Assembly: GCA_965202665.1 (NCBI GenBank)
Contig: OZ241841.1
Span: 1,504,001 to 1,568,000, forward strand
Length of the DNA stretch: 64,000 nucleotides
Origin: Candidatus Spongiisociaceae bacterium
GTDB taxonomy: Bacteria > Actinomycetota > Acidimicrobiia > Spongiisociales > Spongiisociaceae
Direction of reading: 5' to 3'
Positions within the stretch are counted from its first letter, which is position 1, and every line of letters starts with the position of its first letter. The notes beneath the pieces were generated by a model. That model made no database searches, was not told where the DNA came from, and saw nothing but the letters and a program-made list of their open reading frames with translations. The translations under genes were made by a program, and so were the position numbers. Positions 1 through 11,024 of this stretch are shown piece by piece.

Positions 1-848
1 ATGCGTTCGCCGGCCAGGCGCCCGATCCCGCCCAGTTTGCGGTGACCGTAAGGGTCGGCCTCGCCGCTTTCCACCCGTTGGCCGCCGGTCATCGCCGCTC
101 CCTCCGAAATGACGGCGATGGCGTACCGGCTGGGGTTGGCCGCCCGGTCCGCCGCCAACAGGTCGGCCAGCCGATCCGGGTCGAACGGGACTTCGGCGAT
201 GACGGCCCGGTCGGCGCCGGCCAGAAAACCGGCGGCCAGGCTGGTGGCCCCCGAATAGCGGCCGAACAACTCCACCACCGCGATCCGTTCGTGGCTGCCC
301 GCCGCGCTGCGCAGATTGTTGATGAAACCCACGCACCGGGTGACGGCGGTGGAAAAACCGAGGCAATAGTCGGTGCCGGGGACGTCGTTGTCCATCGTTT
401 TGGGGATGGCCGCCACCGGGACGCCCTCCCTATGCATGCGCAAGGCGTAGGAAAGGGTGTCGTCCCCGCCGATGGCGACAATCGCCTCCAAACCGAGGGC
501 TTCCGCCGCCCGCACCGCATGTTCGGTGCAGTCGTAGGGCGGCTCCCCGGCGGGCGGAGGCAGGAAAGAGGGCAGGGCGGCGGCCGACACCCGCCCCGGA
601 TTGGCCCGGCTGCTGTGCAGGATGGTGCCCCCGGTGCGGTCGATGGTGCGCACCGCCGCCGGGTTCAACTCCAGGGAATGCCGGTGAAAGGAAGAAGGGT
701 CGTCGGGATCGATTTCCAGCAACGCCCCCCACCCCCGCAGCAACCCCACCGTTTCATGGCCGTGCTCGGCGGCCCGGTTGACGAAGGCTTTGATGGCCGG
801 GTTGAGACCGGGAACGTCCCCGCCGCCGGTCAAAATCCCAATGCGCAT
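1..848 (-). CDS. pfkA: 6-phosphofructokinase, probably PPi-dependent (3' end runs off the window)
   Basis: Not in the ORF track. Minus-strand translation from ATG 848 reads [20 protein letters not shown] and contains GGDDT and PKTMDND motifs. Confidence 0.9.
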   Translation of the reverse strand, partial: MRIGILTGGGDVPGLNPAIKAFVNRAAEHGHETVGLLRGWGALLEIDPDDPSSFHRHSLELNPAAVRTIDRTGGTILHSSRANPGRVSAAALPSFLPPPAGEPPYDCTEHAVRAAEALGLEAIVAIGGDDTLSYALRMHREGVPVAAIPKTMDNDVPGTDYCLGFSTAVTRCVGFINNLRSAAGSHERIAVVELFGRYSGATSLAAGFLAGADRAVIAEVPFDPDRLADLLAADRAANPSRYAIAVISEGAAMTGGQRVESGEADPYGHRKLGGIGRLAGER

Positions 849-880
849 CCGTCCTCCTCGTTTAGGGTTGCCATTATAGA

Positions 881-2107
881 TTGGCGGACGAGAGGAAGAA
901 CGTGAAATCCCCGGACCGGGAACTGCGGCGGGAGGTGGAGCGGTGGCTGCGGCGGCAAGGCCTGCCGCACCTGATCGAAGACTATTCCGCCCGCACCGAT
1001 GTTTTCACGCGCATGGTGCCTTTTCTGGTACTGGTGTTTTTCGGGGAGATGTCGTTCGCCTTTGGGGAACGGTTCCGGGGTTGGGCGCAGGCGGGCGTGG
1101 CCATCCTGTTTCTGGGAGGGTTGGCGGGCGCGGCGGCGGGAGTGAACCGGATTCGGGGGCGCCGGGCTTTCCAACTGCCGGACCGGGTGGGTTTTTTGGA
1201 GTTGTCGGTGTTCGTGCTGGCCCCGGCCCTGCTCACCATGTTGTCCGCCGTCGACCGGGTGATATACGACTTTGCGGCGGTGGCCGTCCTCAACCTGGCG
1301 TTGCTGGGAATCGGATACCTGGTCACCAGCTACGGCCTGGTTTCCATGGTGCGGTGGGGATGGGAGTTTATGACCGAGCAGATCCGCCAAGTGCTGCTGT
1401 TGATGATCCGCTCTTTGCCTTTGCTTCTGCTGTTCGCGGCTTTCTTTTTTCTCAACACCGAAATGTGGCAGGTGGCGGCCAACTTCACCCCGCCCCTGTA
1501 CTGGGCGGTTCTCGGGTTGGTGGCGGCCGGCGGGTGCGGGTTTTTGATCGTGCAGATTCCCGGGGAAGTGGCCTCTTTGGAGCGTTTTTCCTCCTGGGAG
1601 GAAGTGCGGGCCTTGGCCGCCGCCTCCGACTCTCCTTTGGCGGGGGTTCCGTTGCAGCAGACGGGGGAGTTTACGGGGGAACCCCTGAGCCGGGGAGCGG
1701 CCCTCAACATCGGCCTGTTGATGTTCGTCGGCCAGATGGTGCGGGTGGGGTTGGCGGCCGTCGTCACCGGGGGGTTCTTCGTGCTGTTCGGTTTGCTGTC
1801 CGTGCGGCGCACCACCATCGAGCAGTGGCTGGCCGCCGACCAGGTGGGGGAGTTGGCCGCCTTTCCCCTGTTGGGGGCGGAGGTGGTCTTGACCGAGCCC
1901 CTGTTGTTGGTGGCCGGTTTCATCGCCGCCTTCTCCGGTTTGCAGTTCGCGGTGGCCTCCGTTACCGACTCCGTCTACCGGGAGCGCTTTTTCGCCGACA
2001 TCGCCGCCCAGTTGCGGGAAGTGCTGGCGGTGCGCCGCCAATATCTGACCTTGCCCGAAGAAGGGGAAGGCCGTCCGCCGGTTAGCGGAGAGGGGGAACC
2101 CGGATGA
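881..2107 (+). CDS. Integral membrane protein of unknown function
   Basis: 408-aa ORF with many hydrophobic helices; start uncertain (881 or 902). Confidence 0.75.
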   Translation: MADERKNVKSPDRELRREVERWLRRQGLPHLIEDYSARTDVFTRMVPFLVLVFFGEMSFAFGERFRGWAQAGVAILFLGGLAGAAAGVNRIRGRRAFQLPDRVGFLELSVFVLAPALLTMLSAVDRVIYDFAAVAVLNLALLGIGYLVTSYGLVSMVRWGWEFMTEQIRQVLLLMIRSLPLLLLFAAFFFLNTEMWQVAANFTPPLYWAVLGLVAAGGCGFLIVQIPGEVASLERFSSWEEVRALAAASDSPLAGVPLQQTGEFTGEPLSRGAALNIGLLMFVGQMVRVGLAAVVTGGFFVLFGLLSVRRTTIEQWLAADQVGELAAFPLLGAEVVLTEPLLLVAGFIAAFSGLQFAVASVTDSVYRERFFADIAAQLREVLAVRRQYLTLPEEGEGRPPVSGEGEPG

Positions 2108-3281
2108 TGAGGGCGTCCCCTTGGCCGCCTCCTCCGCACAGGGCGGCCGCCCCGGTCCCCCCGCCCCGCCTGCGCAGTTCGTTGATCAGGCTCACCACCA
2201 GCCGGGCCCCGGTGCAACCGATGGGATGGCCGAGGGCCACCGCCCCGCCGTTGGGATTGACGCGGGCCGGGTCCAAATCCAGCATGCGGGCCGACCACAG
2301 GGCCACCCCGGCGAAGGCCTCGTTGATTTCCACCGCGTCCAGGTCGGCGGCGGTCAACTCGGTTAGTTTGAGGGCCGCTTTGACGGCCTCGGCGGGCCGC
2401 TCGTGCAAAGTGGGGTCCGCCCCTCCGATCTGGCCGTAGGCGAGAATTTCGGCTTGGGGGGCCAGCCCGGCCGCCTCCGCCGCCCGGCGGGAGGCCATCA
2501 CCGCCGCCGCCGCCCCGTCGCTGATCTGGGAGGCGTTGCCGGCGGTAATGGTTCCCCCTTCGGTGAAAGCGGGGGACATTTCGCCCAGGGATGCGGCGGA
2601 TGAGCCGGGGCGGATGCCTTCGTCGCGGTTCACCAGTTGCGTGCCGCCCCGCTTTTGGGGGACTTCCACCGGGGCTATCTCCTGGGCGAAATGGCCCGAT
2701 TCGGCGGCGGCGGCCGCCCGGCGGTGGCTTTCCGCCGCCCAGTCGTCCTGTTCCGCGCGTCCTATGCCCAAGCCGGCGTTTTTGCGGTCGCTGGACTCGC
2801 CCATCGTGCATTGGTCGAAGGCGCACCACAGGCCATCGTATTGCAGTGAATCCACTAGGGCGGCGTCGCCCAGCCGGGCCCCCCAGCGGGCGGCGGGGAT
2901 CAGATAAGGGGCGTTGCTCATTGATTCCATGCCCCCCGCTACCGCCATGGCGGTTTCGCCGAGGCGCAAGGAGCGGTCGGCCATGGCGATGGCGGCCATT
3001 CCGGACAGGCACACTTTGTTGACGACGGTACAGGGAACGGTCATCGGGATACCCGCCGCCACCGCCGCTTGCCGGGCGGTGATCTGACCCGCCCCCGCCC
3101 CGATCACATGCCCCATCACCACTTCGTCGATCTGCCGGGGGGAAACGCCCGCCCGCTCCACCGCGGCCCGGATGGCGACCGCCCCCAAATCCGCCGCCCG
3201 CAAAGGGGACAAGCCCCCGCCGAACCGCCCGATAGGGGTGCGGGCCGCCCCCAAAATCACCGAATGATTGTCGCCTTCCAT
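2082..3281 (-). CDS. Acetyl-CoA C-acetyltransferase (thiolase)
   Basis: Thiolase motifs NKVCLSG, GGMESMS, EINEAF, GHPIGCTG and LCGGGG. Confidence 0.95.
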   Translation of the reverse strand: MEGDNHSVILGAARTPIGRFGGGLSPLRAADLGAVAIRAAVERAGVSPRQIDEVVMGHVIGAGAGQITARQAAVAAGIPMTVPCTVVNKVCLSGMAAIAMADRSLRLGETAMAVAGGMESMSNAPYLIPAARWGARLGDAALVDSLQYDGLWCAFDQCTMGESSDRKNAGLGIGRAEQDDWAAESHRRAAAAAESGHFAQEIAPVEVPQKRGGTQLVNRDEGIRPGSSAASLGEMSPAFTEGGTITAGNASQISDGAAAAVMASRRAAEAAGLAPQAEILAYGQIGGADPTLHERPAEAVKAALKLTELTAADLDAVEINEAFAGVALWSARMLDLDPARVNPNGGAVALGHPIGCTGARLVVSLINELRRRGGGTGAAALCGGGGQGDALIIRVPPLR

Positions 3282-3854
3282 AACCTCACCCTTACCATTT
3301 TCGACCCGACATCGCCCGATGACCAGGTGGTTTTACGATGGTTCTGGTGTTGCTCAAACCCCTCTAGAATGTTGACGCGGCCGACCCGTTACGAGGCCGG
3401 GGGTTCTAGTTGGCACTCCCCCCGGTTCGGGTCGGCTGCATCAATTTCACCGGTAATGGCAAATATAATATAATATATATTGAAGGTCAAATCGATGGGA
3501 GGATTCGGTTCGGCCCCATTTGGCTATACCCATCGGATAAGGCCGCGCTTGCCCCTCGCCGGCTTCAGATCTGGGCCTTGATGCAAAACCGGTTCTGGCC
3601 GGTTTTCGTTGAAAAGATGGGAGGCGTTGGGATGAGCGACGACCTCCGCCGCTGCATCATCCCATTCCCCGGGGCCCCTGAATGTAATCTCTTCGTCCCG
3701 GAGCGGGTTCTCGGAGCAACCCACTTGCCCTCCCTTCGCTAGGCGTATATCTATGCACAATCTATACAAAATCGCAATCCGTGCCTTGGCGGTCAGCGAA
3801 GCCTCTTAGATATAAACCTGGAATTCGCTTGTCCGGGGTTATGCTGGGGGTTTG

Positions 3855-4265
3855 ATGAAACTTCTTAATTTGGATCATACGGCCATCGCCGTCTACGACC
3901 TGGACGAGGCTTTGGACGGATATCGGTTGCGCTACGGGATAGAGCCGATGTACCGCGAGGTGGTGGAGGAGCAGGGGGTGGAGGAGGCGATGCTGGCGGT
4001 AGGCGGGTCGTTCGTGCAATTATTGGCCCCCCGGGGCGCGGACACGCCGGTGGGGAAGTTTCTGGCCAAACGGGGGGAAGGCCTGCACCATTTGGCTTTT
4101 GCGGTAACCGACATCGCGGCGGCTTTGGCCCACTTGCGGCGGGAAGGGGCCCGGCTGGTGGATGAGACGCCGCGCCGGGGCGGGCGGGGGGCGAAAATCG
4201 CCTTCGTGCACCCGCAGGGCGGAAACCAAACGTTGATCGAACTGGTCGAACATCCGTATGAGTAG
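3855..4265 (+). CDS. mce: Methylmalonyl-CoA epimerase
   Basis: VOC-fold motifs LDHTAIAV, GEGLHHLAF, IAFVHP and LIELVE. Confidence 0.9.
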   Translation: MKLLNLDHTAIAVYDLDEALDGYRLRYGIEPMYREVVEEQGVEEAMLAVGGSFVQLLAPRGADTPVGKFLAKRGEGLHHLAFAVTDIAAALAHLRREGARLVDETPRRGGRGAKIAFVHPQGGNQTLIELVEHPYE

Positions 4266-4539
4266 CGCCCTTTCTTCCAACGGAACTCCGTTGCGCATCA
4301 CCGGCGGGGCCGGTCCATATGAAACGGCCGCCATCGCCGCGGTGGTGGAGTTGGCGATGGAGGAGGAAAAACGGGCCTCCTCTCCGACTCGGGGCCGGTT
4401 TTCCAACTGGGTGATGGTTTCCCGCAACGGGACGGGCGACGGGTTTTCGTTCGGGCGGCGGGCGCCGCGTCGGGTCAGCCGGTCCGTCTCCGGGGAAGGA
4501 CCGCCGCCGCCTCCCGGTTCCCCAGCAACCAGGCGCTGA
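4258..4539 (+). CDS. Small protein resembling acyl-CoA carboxylase epsilon subunit
   Basis: LRITGG-x3-YETAAIAAVV helix followed by a later Trp; overlaps the mce stop codon. The family call is inference. Confidence 0.45.
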   Translation: MSSALSSNGTPLRITGGAGPYETAAIAAVVELAMEEEKRASSPTRGRFSNWVMVSRNGTGDGFSFGRRAPRRVSRSVSGEGPPPPPGSPATRR

Positions 4540-6064
4540 CCAGGTAGGCGACCCCAGTCACCGCCAGCCCGGCCGCGGTGGCCGCCGCTCCGGTCCAGAA
4601 ATCGGGGATGCGTCCGCCGGTGACGGACGAGGCGGTCAGCCAGCCCAAAACGGCGGACGCCCCCGCGGCCAGCGCCGTCTGCCAGGCGGTGCGGCCCAGC
4701 CCGGCCAAGGCCGCCGGGGAATGCCGCCGCCGCCACAGCCAAATCAGAGTGAGGGCGTGGCCGGTGATGGCGGCCGACCCGGCGGCGGCGATGCCCGCCA
4801 CCCCGCCCAGGCGGAACCCGAGCAGGAACATGGGAACCGCCGGGACCATCCAGGCCGTCCCGGCCAGCACCGGAACCCACATCTGGCGATGGGAGTAAAA
4901 GCCGCGGGCCAGCACCTGATGCACCGCCCAGGCGGGGATGCTCAGCGAATATCCGATGAGGGCGGCCGCGGTAAGCACGGTTCCAGTGGAAGAAAACTCC
5001 CCATGCTGGAAGGCGGTGCGCACCGCCGGCTGGCTGACCGCTATCACCGCCGCCACCGCCGCCCCCCCGATGAACACCGCGGTGCGCAAGGTGCGTCCCA
5101 AGGATTCGGACAGTTCGGCGCGGCGTCCCTCCGCCACCAGCCGGGCCAGGTAGGGGTAGGCGGCCACCCCGGCCGCTTGGGCGATCACCCCCACCGGCAA
5201 CATGTTGACCCGGCGGGCCAGGTTGAGGGAGAAGATGGAGCCGTCGGCGGCGGCCGCGGCCACCATCTTGCCCAAAGACTCGTCCAAAACCACGATGGAC
5301 TGGCCGATCATCAACGGGATGGCCAGAATCAGGTATTCCCGCAGGGCCGGATGCCGCAGGCGGAAAGGGCCGGGGGTTACCCGCAGGCCGGTGCGCCGGG
5401 CCCCCCACCATTGCAGGGCGAAGTTGCCCGCCAAGGCCCCGCCCACCGCTCCCAGGATGAAACCGCCGGCCGAAACCTCCCCCCCCGCCGTCCCGGCCAG
5501 GCCGCCGGCGATGATTCCCAGGTTGTAGACGATGGGGGCCAGGGTGGGGATCAGGAACCGCCCGCGGGCGTACTGGACGGCCATGAACAGCCCGCCGGTC
5601 ACAAAGAAAATTTGGGCGGGCAGAACCAGGCGGGTGAGGCGGGTCACTTCCCGTAGTTGGTCGGCGTCCAACCTGCCGCCCGTCCCGAAAGCCAACTCCA
5701 CGATCCACCCGGCGGCGGCAACGGCGGCGGCGGTGAGAAAAACCACCGCCGCCGCCACCGGCCAGAAAACGGCGTTGAAAGCCTTCCCGGCCCCCTCCTC
5801 ATCCCCCGCCGCCAGATGGCGGCTGAGAATGGGGATGAAAGTGATGGCCAAAAACCCTCCGGCCAGCAGATAGTTGAGAAAGTCGGGGATGATGAAGGCC
5901 GCTTCGTAGGCGTCGGCCATCGGACTGTCCCCCAGCCGGTTGGCCAACACCACGTTGCGGGCGAACCCCAGCAGGCGGGACAGCAGTATTCCGGCGGACA
6001 CCATCCAGGCGGCGCGGGCGATTCGTTTGCCGACCCCCGGTTCCCCCGCTTCGGGAAGGCTCAT
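4475..6064 (-). CDS. murJ: Lipid II flippase MurJ
   Basis: ILLSRLLGFAR, ADAYEAAFIIPD and many TM helices; ATG 6064 overlaps the upstream PHP gene stop. Confidence 0.92.
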   Translation of the reverse strand: MSLPEAGEPGVGKRIARAAWMVSAGILLSRLLGFARNVVLANRLGDSPMADAYEAAFIIPDFLNYLLAGGFLAITFIPILSRHLAAGDEEGAGKAFNAVFWPVAAAVVFLTAAAVAAAGWIVELAFGTGGRLDADQLREVTRLTRLVLPAQIFFVTGGLFMAVQYARGRFLIPTLAPIVYNLGIIAGGLAGTAGGEVSAGGFILGAVGGALAGNFALQWWGARRTGLRVTPGPFRLRHPALREYLILAIPLMIGQSIVVLDESLGKMVAAAAADGSIFSLNLARRVNMLPVGVIAQAAGVAAYPYLARLVAEGRRAELSESLGRTLRTAVFIGGAAVAAVIAVSQPAVRTAFQHGEFSSTGTVLTAAALIGYSLSIPAWAVHQVLARGFYSHRQMWVPVLAGTAWMVPAVPMFLLGFRLGGVAGIAAAGSAAITGHALTLIWLWRRRHSPAALAGLGRTAWQTALAAGASAVLGWLTASSVTGGRIPDFWTGAAATAAGLAVTGVAYLVSAWLLGNREAAAVLPRRRTG

Positions 6065-6915
6065 CCCGGACCGCCCGGGACGGCGGCCCGCAACTCTTCC
6101 AGGACGGAGTCGGGCACCGCCAAGTCGCCCCGGCCCACTCCTACCCGCACCCCCGGCCGGTAGTCGCCGTGGAAGTCGGAGCCGCCCGAAGCCAGCAAGC
6201 CGAATTTGGCGGCCCGAGCGGCCATCTTCCGGCGCAGAGAAGGTTCGTATTCGCCGTAGTGGCATTCCACTCCGGTCAGGCCCCAGTCGGCCATTCGCTC
6301 CCAAGCGGACGCGTATTGGCGGGCTCCGTCGATGCCCAGGGTGTGGGGGTGGGCCAGGATGGAGACCGCCCCGGACTCCCGGGCCAGCCGGATGGCTTCC
6401 CGGGGGGCCAAGCGGGGGCGGCCGGCGTAGGCGGGGCGGCCCCGGGCCAGAAAAAGGTCGAAGGCGGCCGTCATGTCGGGAACGTATCCTTTGCGCGCCA
6501 TCAGGGCCGCGATGTGGGGGCGCCCGGCGCTTTCGCCGCCCGTCTCCGCCCGCAGTTCCTCTTCGGCCACCGGCATGTCCAACTCCCGCAGACGGTCCAG
6601 GATGACCCGGTTGCGGGCTTCCCGCCCGTCGCGCAGGCCCGCCAGCCGATCCTGCAACGGTCCGGGGCCGGGGGACAGAAAGAGAACCAGGATATGCATG
6701 GTTCCCGGCTCCCATTCGCAGGAAAGTTCCACCCCCGGTATCAGTTCCAACCCCAGCCGTTCCGCCTCCCGCCCGGCCCGGGCCGCGCCCCCCAGGGTGT
6801 CATGATCGGTAAGGGCGGCCGCCGTCAGCCCCGCCCCGGCCGCCAGCCGCATCACCTCCTCCGGGGAGCGGGTTCCGTCGGAGACGGTGGAATGGGTGTG
6901 CAGGTCGACCGCCAT
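6061..6915 (-). CDS. PHP-domain phosphoesterase (TrpH/YciV family)
   Basis: Motifs DLHTHSTVSDG, LTDHDT, GRPHIA, LAHP and GGSDFHG. Confidence 0.92.
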   Translation of the reverse strand: MAVDLHTHSTVSDGTRSPEEVMRLAAGAGLTAAALTDHDTLGGAARAGREAERLGLELIPGVELSCEWEPGTMHILVLFLSPGPGPLQDRLAGLRDGREARNRVILDRLRELDMPVAEEELRAETGGESAGRPHIAALMARKGYVPDMTAAFDLFLARGRPAYAGRPRLAPREAIRLARESGAVSILAHPHTLGIDGARQYASAWERMADWGLTGVECHYGEYEPSLRRKMAARAAKFGLLASGGSDFHGDYRPGVRVGVGRGDLAVPDSVLEELRAAVPGGPG

Positions 6916-6935
6916 CGGGGACCCGGCGGTTCACC

Positions 6936-7181
6936 TCAAGAGTCGGCGGGGGCTGCGGAGTCGTCGGCGGGGATGACGGCGTCGGCGGGCGGGGGAAAAG
7001 TCGTTTCCGACGGTTGGTCGGTTGCTCGGCCGCCCAGCCAGAAAATCCCCACCAGCACGATGAGGGCCGCCGCTCCGATAATCAGCCGCCTGCGCCATTT
7101 GGCGGCGTTGTCGCGCCGTCGTTGCGCTTCCTGTTTCGCCTGCCGGTTTTCCCGTTGGCGCGTCCGTTTCTCCGAGCCCAT
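6936..7181 (-). CDS. Small single-pass membrane protein
   Basis: Basic N-terminus (MGSEKRTRQRENRQ), one TM helix and an acidic Pro/Ala tail. Confidence 0.6.
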   Translation of the reverse strand: MGSEKRTRQRENRQAKQEAQRRRDNAAKWRRRLIIGAAALIVLVGIFWLGGRATDQPSETTFPPPADAVIPADDSAAPADS

Positions 7182-7317
7182 TAGCCTCAGTTTAGACAAT
7201 CCGACCGGCGGCGGGTTTGCGGATCCGGCAACCGGGCGGTTTCAATAGACTGGACGGACAGGCCGGTTCGCGGGCGGGGCGCGGGCGTCCGGCCGGAGCG
7301 AACAAGCGAGGAAGCGC

Positions 7318-8556
7318 ATGCCCTTGGTGGTGCAGAAATACGGCGGCACGTCGGTGGCCGACCCGGAGCGGATACGCAATGTGGCCCGCCGGGTGGCCTC
7401 GGCCCGGCGAGCCGGAAACGAGGTGCTGGTGGTGGTGTCGGCCATGGGCTCCGCCACTGACGACTTGCTGGCCTTGGCCAACCGGGTCAGCTCCCGTCCG
7501 CCGCCCCGGGAGTTGGATATGCTGCTCACCGCCGGGGAGCGCATCTCCATGGCTTTGCTGGCCATAGCCTTGCACGACCAGGGGGTTTCGGCGGTGAGCC
7601 TGACCGGGTCGCAGGCGGGCATTCTCACCGACGCCGTGCACGGTTCGGCCAAAATAACCGGCATTCGGGGGTCCCGGGTGCGGGAGGGGCTGAGCGAAGG
7701 GAATGTGGTGATCGTGGCCGGATTTCAGGGAGTGGACCCCAATTCCCGGGAGGTGACCACCCTGGGGCGGGGCGGCTCCGACGCCACCGCGGTGGCCCTG
7801 GCGGCCGCGCACCGGGCCGAGGTTTGCGAGATATACACTGATGTGGACGGGGTTTACACCGCCGATCCCCGGGCGGCGCCCGAGGCCCGCAAACTGGACG
7901 AGGTTTCGTTCGAGGAGATGCTGGAGTTGGCCGCCTCCGGGGCGGGGGTGTTGATGGCCCGGTCGGTGGAAGTTGGACGGCGGTTCAACTTGCCCATCCA
8001 TGTGCGCTCCTCGTTCACGGAGGAGCCGGGCACTTGGGTCAAGGAGAAGACGATGGAACAAGCGATCATCAGCGGCATAGCCCACGACACATCCCAGGCG
8101 AAGATCATGGTGCGGGGGGTTCCGGACAGTCCGGGGGTGGCGGCCGCCCTGTTCGAAGGGATGGCGGAGGCCAACGTCAACGTGGACATGATCGTGCAAA
8201 ACGTGGGGCGGGACGGGGCGGCCGACATAAGTTTCACGGTTCCCGAAGCCGACGCCGGGGCGGCCCGGCAAGTGGCCGAACCGCTCGCCGAACGGCTGGG
8301 GGCGGCCGGGGTGGCGGTCAACGAGGCCATCGCCAAAGTGTCGCTGGTGGGGGCGGGGATGAAGACCAGCCCGGGGGTGGCGGCCCGCATGTTCCGCGCC
8401 CTGTCCGACTCCGGGATCAACATCGAAATGATTTCCACTTCCACTATCCGCATTTCGTGCGTGGTGTCGCGGGACGACGCCGAGGCGGCGGTGCGGGCCT
8501 TGCACGGCGAGTTCGAACCGCCGCTCATCACCGAGGAGACGGGCGCCGATGGGTAG
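7318..8556 (+). CDS. ask: Aspartate kinase
   Basis: [17 protein letters not shown] and tandem ACT domains. Confidence 0.96.
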   Translation: MPLVVQKYGGTSVADPERIRNVARRVASARRAGNEVLVVVSAMGSATDDLLALANRVSSRPPPRELDMLLTAGERISMALLAIALHDQGVSAVSLTGSQAGILTDAVHGSAKITGIRGSRVREGLSEGNVVIVAGFQGVDPNSREVTTLGRGGSDATAVALAAAHRAEVCEIYTDVDGVYTADPRAAPEARKLDEVSFEEMLELAASGAGVLMARSVEVGRRFNLPIHVRSSFTEEPGTWVKEKTMEQAIISGIAHDTSQAKIMVRGVPDSPGVAAALFEGMAEANVNVDMIVQNVGRDGAADISFTVPEADAGAARQVAEPLAERLGAAGVAVNEAIAKVSLVGAGMKTSPGVAARMFRALSDSGINIEMISTSTIRISCVVSRDDAEAAVRALHGEFEPPLITEETGADG

Positions 8557-9562
8557 CAGGCTGGCGGTGGCGGGGGCCACCGGGGCGGTGGGACGCACCA
8601 TGTTGTCCGTTTTGGAGGAGCGGGACTTTCCGGTCTCGGAGTTGCGGTTGCTGGCCTCGGCCCGCTCGGCCGGTTCCAAAATTTCCACCCGGTGGGGGGA
8701 GGCGGAAGTGGAGGATCTGGCTTTGGCCGACCCGTCCGGAGTGGACATCGCCCTGTTTTCGGCGGGAGGGGACCGCAGCCGGGCCCACGCCCCCCGGTTC
8801 GCCGAGGCGGGGGCGGCGGTGGTGGACAACTCTTCCGCTTTTCGCCGTCGGCCGGATGTGCCGCTGGTGGTGGCCGGGGTGAACGACCACGCCCTAGCGG
8901 GCCATGCGGGGCTGATCGCCAATCCCAACTGCACCACCATGGGCCTGCTGATGGCGGCCGCCCCCTTGCATCGGCGGGCGGGTTTGGCGCGGATGGCGGT
9001 CGCCTCCTACCAGTCGGTTTCCGGTTCGGGGATGGCCGGGATGGAAACCCTGCTGGCGCAGACCGGGGCCTTTTTGGAGGAACGGGACTCTTTGACCGCC
9101 GGGGGTTGGACGGAGCCGGAGACCGGCCCCTATCAGAGGCCCATCGGGTTCAACGTGGTGCCGTTGGCCGGTTCCATCACCGAACAGGGATATACCGATG
9201 AGGAGTGGAAACTGGTGCATGAGACTCGCAAGATTCTGGAGCGGGACGACATCGCCATTGAAGCCACCTGCGTGCGGACGCCGGTGCTGGTCGGGCACGG
9301 GACGTCGGCGGTGATGTGGTTCGACCGCCCGATGTCCCCGGAGGAGGCCCGGGCGGCTCTGGCGGAAGCCCCGGGAGTGGAAGTGTGGTCCGACGACCGG
9401 GTGCCCACCCCGTTGGATTCGGCGGGGGCGGACAATGTGCTGGCGGGCCGCATCCGGGCCACGGTGGGGGAGCCGGGGGGGATCAGCCTGTGGGCGGTGG
9501 CGGACAACCTGCGCAAAGGGGCGGCCCTCAACGCGGTGCAGATCGCGGAGATGCTGCTATGA
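8549..9562 (+). CDS. asd: Aspartate-semialdehyde dehydrogenase
   Basis: GATGAVG, ANPNCTT and [16 protein letters not shown]. Confidence 0.96.
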   Translation: MGSRLAVAGATGAVGRTMLSVLEERDFPVSELRLLASARSAGSKISTRWGEAEVEDLALADPSGVDIALFSAGGDRSRAHAPRFAEAGAAVVDNSSAFRRRPDVPLVVAGVNDHALAGHAGLIANPNCTTMGLLMAAAPLHRRAGLARMAVASYQSVSGSGMAGMETLLAQTGAFLEERDSLTAGGWTEPETGPYQRPIGFNVVPLAGSITEQGYTDEEWKLVHETRKILERDDIAIEATCVRTPVLVGHGTSAVMWFDRPMSPEEARAALAEAPGVEVWSDDRVPTPLDSAGADNVLAGRIRATVGEPGGISLWAVADNLRKGAALNAVQIAEMLL

Positions 9563-10326
9563 CGCAAACGGACGATTTCATCACCGAATTCACTCCCCCT
9601 GAACCGGAGTTCGGCACCGCCGCCCAATTGCGGGCCCACCGCCGGCGGCAGGTGGCACTGTCCTATCGGATTTTCGCCGCTTTGGGGTGGGGGACTTTGG
9701 GGGATGGGCATATCACCGCCCGCGACCCGGAGGAACCCAACGCCATGTGGTTGCTCCGATACGATGTTCCGTTCCGCCGGGCCGCCGTTTCCGACCTGGT
9801 GTTGGTAGGGCCGGGCGGGAGGTTGCTGGCGGGGGAGGGGCCGATTAACATGACCGCCTATTACATTCACGCCCCCATACACGAGGCCCGCCCGGAGGTG
9901 GTTGCGGTAGCCCACACCCACACCCCCTACGGCACCCCGTGGGCGGCCCGGGGGGAGCGGTTGCGGATGATATGCCAGGAGGCCACCGCCTTTTACCGGG
10001 ACCACTATGTGTTTGAAGGGGAGGAGGTGCAGGTGATGGACGCCGACGCCGGCAAACGGATCGCCCATTCTTTGGAGGACGGCAAGGCGGTGATTCTGCG
10101 CCGCCACGGGCCGGTAACCGTGGGGAGGTCGGTGGAGGAGGCCATCGGCTGGTTCCTGCTGATGGAACGGGCGGCCGAAGTGCATGTGAAAGCGGAGGGG
10201 GCGGAGCCGATCAGCGACGAGGCGGCGGCGACGGCGGCGTCCGAGATCGGGCATCTGTCCAACGCCCTTTTGGCCTACCGGCACGCGATGATGTCGCTCG
10301 TTCCCGATTCGGCGGAGGCGGGGTAG
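9559..10326 (+). CDS. Class II aldolase/adducin family protein
   Basis: GHITARDP, IHAPIHEARP, HTHTPYG and RRHG; ATG overlaps the asd stop. Confidence 0.88.
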   Translation: MTQTDDFITEFTPPEPEFGTAAQLRAHRRRQVALSYRIFAALGWGTLGDGHITARDPEEPNAMWLLRYDVPFRRAAVSDLVLVGPGGRLLAGEGPINMTAYYIHAPIHEARPEVVAVAHTHTPYGTPWAARGERLRMICQEATAFYRDHYVFEGEEVQVMDADAGKRIAHSLEDGKAVILRRHGPVTVGRSVEEAIGWFLLMERAAEVHVKAEGAEPISDEAAATAASEIGHLSNALLAYRHAMMSLVPDSAEAG

Positions 10327-10337
10327 GTTCTTACCGG

Positions 10338-10411
10338 TCGGGCAGGCGGGATTTGAACCCGCGACCTCTTCGTCCCGAACGAAGCGCGCTGCCAAGCTGC
10401 GCCACTGCCCG
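10338..10411 (-). tRNA. tRNA-Pro (CGG)
   Basis: Minus strand CGGGCAGTGGCGCAGCTTGG...CTTCG-TTCGGGA-CGAAG...GGTTCAAATCC folds as a cloverleaf; TATAAT lies just upstream (10420-10425). Confidence 0.96.
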
Positions 10412-10644
10412 TAATCCCCATTATAAACCCCAAAAGCCCCTCCCGCGCCGCGGAGACGCCGCGCGGGCTTACCCCTGTAGGTATGCGATGGCGTTGCGCA
10501 GATGGTCTCCGCCGTTTTTGAACCGGCCCAGCCCGGTGTTGCTGGTTACGTGGCCGCCCATTGAGCGAACCCGCGGTTCGGTGGAGGCGGCGGGTGGAGT
10601 CCCGGATCGGTCGGGGGGCCGTTCCGTCGGGGGGCTGTAAACGG

Positions 10645-10890
10645 GTGCCTGTATGGTCGCTGGTGCTGGCGTTTCTATCTGGGGTGGTTATGGTTTTAAC
10701 GTTTACGGTCAACGGGGTTGCGTTTGCGTTCCTTCTGCGGGTGTTCCCAATGTGGCGGCGGCGATGGCTTTATATGTTTGTCGGATATTCGTGCACGTCG
10801 GTAGCGTTTTGGTGGAATATGAGGTTGTGGATAGGGCCGGATTTCTTTGGGATTTCTGTCAATCTGCCGCCGCCCTGGAGCGGTGGCTGA
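10645..10890 (+). CDS. Small hydrophobic hypothetical protein
   Basis: Two hydrophobic stretches in a lower-GC, G/T-rich segment; start uncertain. Confidence 0.4.
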   Translation: MPVWSLVLAFLSGVVMVLTFTVNGVAFAFLLRVFPMWRRRWLYMFVGYSCTSVAFWWNMRLWIGPDFFGISVNLPPPWSGG

Positions 10891-10978
10891 TGTGCAGGTT
10901 GGCGAACGCGGGGACGAGGGAATGTAAGGTGGCGGTGCGGACGAGCCGACTAGGGATAGTACTCGGGCGGTGGCGTTG

Positions 10979-10987
10979 TGGTATAAT
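10979..10987 (+). promoter_or_regulatory. Extended -10 promoter (TGnTATAAT)
   Basis: TGGTATAAT upstream of the 11025-11792 ORF. Confidence 0.55.
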
Positions 10988-11024
10988 GCGGTGACCGGGT
11001 GTTAGTGGCCCGTGTGGTGAGAGT

